A DNA stretch of 64,000 bases from Cyanophora paradoxa CCMP329 (Eukaryota > Plantae > Glaucophyta): NCBI GenBank assembly GCA_004431415.1, contig QPMI01000638.1, forward strand, positions 62,001 to 126,000. Reading direction: 5' to 3'. Shown piece after piece: positions 58,880 through 64,000 of this stretch. The notes below the pieces were generated by a model. It did not search any database and was not told where the DNA came from. It saw only the letters and a list, made by a program, of their open reading frames with translations. The stretch's first letter is position 1; the number at the start of each line of letters is the position of its first letter. Made by a program: the position numbers and the translations under genes.

Positions 58880-61800
58880 ATGCAGTCGGGGACCGAAACC
58901 TCAGCTGCCAGCGCCGGCGACTCGCGGCTTGGACCCCTGACAATGGAAGTGCGTACGAGGCTGGGCAGAGCTGCGGGGGCTGTCCTAATATACCGCGATG
59001 CCCACAGGTCGTGCACATGCACACGGCGATCCGCTCAGAGCTGGCAGCACTGCAGGAGCTCGCCGCGGGCTTGGAGGAGGGCACGTTCGACCAGGACAGG
59101 ATGCGGGCCCTCGACGCTCGCTTCTCATTTCTGTGGGCCATGCAGAGGCATCACAGCAAGGTACGCCCGCATCCTGCACCGCGCCAGCGCTCCTCAGCCT
59201 CGGTGCCGCGGCGCGCAGGCGGAGGACGACGTCATTTTCCCGTCGATCACCGCGAGGCTCAAGCTCCTAGCAAAGACGGACACACCGCACACGGATTCCG
59301 CGCCTTCCGCCGCGTCGTGCACGGGGATCTGTGGGCAGGTGCCGCGGGGCTGCGGGGAGGCGCGGGAGCAGCACGGGGTGTCGGCGCCGTACAGCTGCGA
59401 CCACGAGAACGAGGACCGCTTCTTCTGTGCGATCGACGAGCTGCTGTGGAGCGTGCTGGCGACGCAGGAGCTGAGCGTGCGGGCGCCGCTGGTGGCGCAG
59501 GCGGTGCACAAGCTGACCGTCCTCGACACGAACCTCGGCTTCCACCTGAGCCGCGAGGAGCGCGAGCTGCTGCCGCTCATGCGCGAGCTCTTCACCCCCG
59601 AGGAGCAGCTGGAGCTCGCGCGGGCGCTGCGCCCCGAGGGGGCCCCTCCGGGGGAGGCCACGGAGGGGGCGGCGATGGTCGTCGAGGCGCACGAGGCGAT
59701 TCGGCGCGAGTTCCGCGAGATCGAGCTCGCCTCCCGCCGCCTCGACCCCGCCTCCGACGCCCAGGCCCGCCCCCCGCCCGCCCGCCCGCGCGCGCGGGGC
59801 GAGCGGGGCGCAGGTGGAGGCGCTGGCGCGGCGCTTCCGGGCGCTGTGGGCGGAGGTCAAGGGGCACGCCGACCGCGAGGACCGGGTCTTCTTCCCCGCC
59901 CTCGAGGCGCGCCTGCAGCAGCGGGGCGAGGCGGCCGTCTCGAAGAGCTTCGGCATGGAGCACGACTGCGGCCTCCTCCTCTTCAACGAGCTCGCGCGCC
60001 CCGCCGCCCCGCTCCGGCGCCCCGCACGCCGGCCTGACGCCCGTCCAGCACGAGCTGCTGCAGGCGGCGCTGGCGGGCCCGCCGGCGGGGGAGCGCTCGG
60101 CGCTGCTCGCCGACATCCGGGTGCGGCTGTCGACGCTGACGGAGAGCCTGGCGCTGCACCTCGTCAAGGAGGAGCGCGAGATCCTACCCCAGCTCCGCTC
60201 CCTCTTCTCCCAGGACGAGCAGGAGGCCCGCCCCGCCCCCGCCCCGTCCCCGGGCGCCGCGCCCCCAGGCGCCGCTGACGCTGCGCAGGCGCTGATGGGG
60301 CGGATCATCGGGCAGCGGCCGTCGGCGATGCTGCAGGAGATGCTCCCGTGGGTCATGCAGCGTCTCAGCGCCTCCGAGGGCCGCAACATGATGCACCACA
60401 TCCGGAAGGCCCGCCCGCTGTTGCCCGCCCGCCGGCGGCCCGGGGCGGGGCGAGCGGGGCGGGCGCAGGTGACGAACGGCACCATGTTCGAGAAGTGGCT
60501 CTCGTGCTGGTGGGTCTTCCCGGAGGACGAGGCGGGCACGGGGCGGCCCGCCGCCACCCTGCGCGACGGCACCGGCATCGGGGCCGGGGCGGGGGCGGGG
60601 GGCGAGGGGGCGATGGAGGAGGAGGGGCCTGGGAGCGCGGAGGACGTCGAGGCTGCGATCCGGGCGGTGGCGCGGGACCCGGGCATCGACGTGCAGGCCA
60701 AGACGGCCCGCATCCAGGCGCTGATGACCCGCCGCTGGCGCCTCAAGCACGGGCGCGGGGGCAGCCCCGAGCGGGGCCAGCCGCAGCAGCACATGCACCT
60801 CAAGGGCCAGTGCGAGGCCTCCTCGCCCGACCCCTGCCCCCTCCACGCCGCAAACCCCGCCGACCTCAACCCCACCTACCACGTCCGCCCCTTGGCCCCC
60901 CTGCCGAGCGGGGCGCCTCCGCTGAGGGGCGGGCAGAGCGGGGAGCGGGGCGTGCTGGGGTGCGCGCACTACCAGAGGTCGTGCAAGTTGCGAGCGGCGT
61001 GCTGCGGGCGCTTCTTCACGTGCCGCGTGTGCCACGACGACGCCTCGGACCACACCATGGACCGGTGCGCCCGCCCCCTCCCGCTCCCCCGCCGTGCCCG
61101 CTTGACGGCCCTCCAGCTACGCCACCCGCGAGATGCTCTGCATGCGCTGCAGTACCGTGCAGCCCATCGGGCCCACCTGCCGCTCCCCCGTCTGCTGCGG
61201 CCGGCCCCTCGCCCGCTACTACTGCCACATTTGTCCGCACCCAGCACCCGCCCGGCGGGGCCTGCTCATCGCCGCTGACGGGGCGGGGCAGGCAAGTTCT
61301 TCGACGACGACGGGACGAAGAGCATCTACCACTGCCCGTTCTGCAACATCTGCCGGATGGGGCGGGGCCTGGGGATCGACTTCTTCCACTGCATGCGCTG
61401 CAACGCGTGCATGGCGATGTCCCTGCGGGAGCACCGCTGCCTCCAGAACTCCCTCGAGTCGAACTGCCCCATCTGCAGCCAGTACATGTTCACCTCCACC
61501 GCCTACGTGCGCCCCCGGCCGCCGGCGCCGGCGCCCCGCGCAGGGCGCGACGCCGGGGCGGGCAGGTGAAGCTGCTGCGGTGCGGGCACCTGATGCACAC
61601 GGAGTGCTACCGGGCGTACATTCGGAGCCAGTACACGTGCCCCATCTGCTGCAAGTCCCTCCACGACATGTCCGCCCTCTTCGCCCAGCTCGTCCGCCCC
61701 TCCCCGCCCGCCCCCGCCCCCCCGGCCCCCGCCGGCGCCGACCGCGCGGCAGGAGGCGCTGGTGGCGAACGACGTGCTGCCGCCCGAGTACGCGGGGCGC

Positions 61801-61908
61801 ACCTCCAACATCTACTGCAACGACTGCGAGCAGAAGAGCACCGTCCGCTTCCACTTCCTCTACCACCGCTGCGCCCACTGCGCCTCCTTCAACACCCGCG
61901 TCACCTGA
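58880..61908 (+). CDS. Hemerythrin + CHY zinc finger + RING E3 ligase (BRUTUS/HRZ-like iron sensor)
   Basis: HHE motifs MHTAIRSEL, HHSK|AEDDVIFP, HLSREERELLP, AHEAIRREF, HADREDRVFFP, HLVKEEREILP. Also CHY GCAHYQRSCKLRAACCGRFFTCRVCHD, CTCHY, RING CPICSQYMF...CGHLMHTEC...CPIC and a C-terminal zinc ribbon. Confidence 0.92.
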
Positions 61909-62526
61909 CACCCAGTCCCGTCCCGGAGAGGGCGACTCGGCGAGCTCCCTTCCTGCGCATGCATCTCTAGCTATTCAAAAAAAGTATTGATAGTTTATTC
62001 AAATTTTATTGAAACCAAACCTGGGCCACTTTTTTCATGATCAGCCTCAGACATGTACAGCTGCAGGTACCGGTTACCGTACGAAACGAATCATGATCAG
62101 TGATGCCATGATGGTGCCACGGTGCGCATGCCACGGTGCACATTGGTCGATGTGAAAGCCGACTCTGGTCATCTCGCAATCGCCGAGTCGATTCGCACGG
62201 CGCGAGCGAATATATATCAATCCAACAAAAATCGAAAAGCTAAACGGTGCAACGACTCGATAGGTATTCAATGATTGTACGAGTGCACGTCCGACGGTCG
62301 GCAGTGAATTCGAAGTCGACTCTGCTGATCATGATTTCGATTTGCAAGCAAACAAAAATCGCAAGCAAACAAAAATCGAAAAACTAAACGACTCGGCGAA
62401 ATAAACGAAGAATTGCGGGCAAGGTCCAGGCGCAATTATGAAGGGGGGGGGAATCAAATAAGAGAATGCTGGGCCGCGGGGCGAGGGGGACGGCGGGTGC
62501 TAGAGGAGCCCGGGCGCGGGGCGGGG

Positions 62527-64000
62527 TCAGGAGGAGGCGTCGCGGTCGGACTCGGAGCCGGCGGAGCTGCGGGAGGCTGGGGAGCCGCGCAGCGAGTTCA
62601 CGCTCTCCGCGTACGCCGCCCCCCGCAGCAGGCTCTCCATCGTCCGCTGCGCCTGCCCCGCCCGCCCCTCCGCCTCCCGCGCCTGCCCCCGCCCCCCGTC
62701 GGCCTCGACGGGCGGCGCCAGCAGCGGGGCCGGGCGGGGGGGGCGGGCGGTGGCGGACCCTGCGCTCGGCGGCGGCGAGGGCCTCGCGCAGGGAGGCCGT
62801 CTCTTTTGCATGGCCCTCCCGCACCTTGCCCGGCCGCGGCCCGCGTCAGGCGCCCCCCGGGCCCAGCGCAGCCGAGGGCGGCTGTGTACCTCGAGCAGCA
62901 GGCGGTCGATGTCGTCGCTCGTCAGCTCCGGCACCTTCTTGGGCGGCCCGCTCTGCGCACGCTTCGCACGCGCCGGCGGGGTGGGGCGGGCGGGGAGGGC
63001 TGGCGGGCCCTGACGCGGAGCACGCGGAGCTCGGCTTCGAGCGCGGCGACCTGCCCGTGCGGAGCGTTCGGGTTGCGAGCGGCGGGCGCCCGCCTCCGAG
63101 GCTCGGGGGCGGCGAGCCGGCCAACGGACCCGCTGCTGCAAGTCCTTCTCCGCGGACATGAACGCCTTCGCCCTCGCATCGATCGTCTCCGCCGCCCGCC
63201 GCTCCGACTCCGAGACGAGCGTCGTGAGGAGGCGCACCTGTCGAGAGCTGTTGATGGCACGTCGACGCGCGCAAGCGGGCCTGTTGATTGGCGCACCTCC
63301 TGCGTCAGCTGGCCGTTTATAGCAATGATGTATTTCTCTGTACGGAACAGGTTTCATCGCGACGCGAGCGGCTGAGACAGCGCGCTGATGCGAACCTCTT
63401 TCCTTGCATGCGCGCTCCTGGTTCATCGCTTCCTCAGACTTCGCCTCCAGCTGTTTCACCCTCAGGCGCAGCTGCGAGTTGACCTGCTGTTCCCGGCGTA
63501 TCACCTTGCGGGGGGCGGGGCGCGTTAATGACAGTGGGCTGGTTCGAAAGCGCTGCGGCGCGGCTGCGGCCGCATGGTGCGCGGCTCTCACCTCCAGCGT
63601 CCCCGAAAGCTGCATCGTAAGCGCCTTGTTGATCTGGCGGCTTGTCTCAGGAATGCGCTTCGCAGCCGCAGTGGGTCAGCCGCACCTCCACCGCCTCCCG
63701 CCCAATCAGCTGCGGATCCGGGGCGGCCGCGCGCCCACCCGAGCTTGTGCGCGGCATCTGTGGCGCGATCGCCTCATCAGCTGAGCGCTGTTGCGGCGCT
63801 CGGCGTCGCTAGCCAGGGAGCACTGGCTCGGAGGAACGCGCGGCGCGGCGCGGGGCGCGGAACTTGGTTTTCGAGCGCGGCGTCGCAGCGCATGCGCAGC
63901 GCAACAAAGACAATCAAAAATGGAAGGCCCGCACCGCGTCCGGAATGGAGGAATGTGCGATGCCGACGCGCCCGATTCCGCCGGAGAGCAGCGCAGGGGG
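62527..64000 (-). CDS. Coiled-coil protein of unknown function (probably continues beyond the window)
   Basis: Spliceable exons encode VIRREQQVNSQLRLRVKQLEAKSEEAMNQE, VRLLTTLVSESERRAAETIDARAKAFMSAEKDLQQR and AREAEGRAGQAQRTMESLL. Stop at 62527. Confidence 0.55.

Overview
Eukaryotic nuclear DNA that is gene-dense, with very short (~45-70 nt) spliceosomal introns, many of them GC-AG. Three plastid-targeted proteins have a Phe at position 2-4 of the transit peptide. Together with an intron-containing peptidoglycan DD-carboxypeptidase and flagellar/basal-body genes, this points by inference to a glaucophyte alga (Cyanophora-like). The ORF track is mostly misleading because exons are tiny, so genes were rebuilt by manual splicing and some termini are approximate. 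About 20 genes are present: U2AF65-like, a head-to-head plastid 6PGD/G6PD pair, a plastid tandem-S1 protein, OSBP, a giant Sfi1-repeat protein, CFAP61, guanylate kinase, PHO80-like cyclin, DacA, a C2-domain protein, an LRR protein, RPT1, an NDP-glucose 4,6-dehydratase, an SPX-SLC13 phosphate transporter, a PRELI protein and a BRUTUS-like hemerythrin-RING ligase. The most striking accessory locus is at 55.4-58.7 kb. It holds the intron-split C-terminal half of a Fanzor/TnpB-family RNA-guided nuclease, a perfect 24-bp x 11.5 tandem array just upstream, a partial inverted copy of that unit in its last intron, and a candidate structured omega-RNA downstream.
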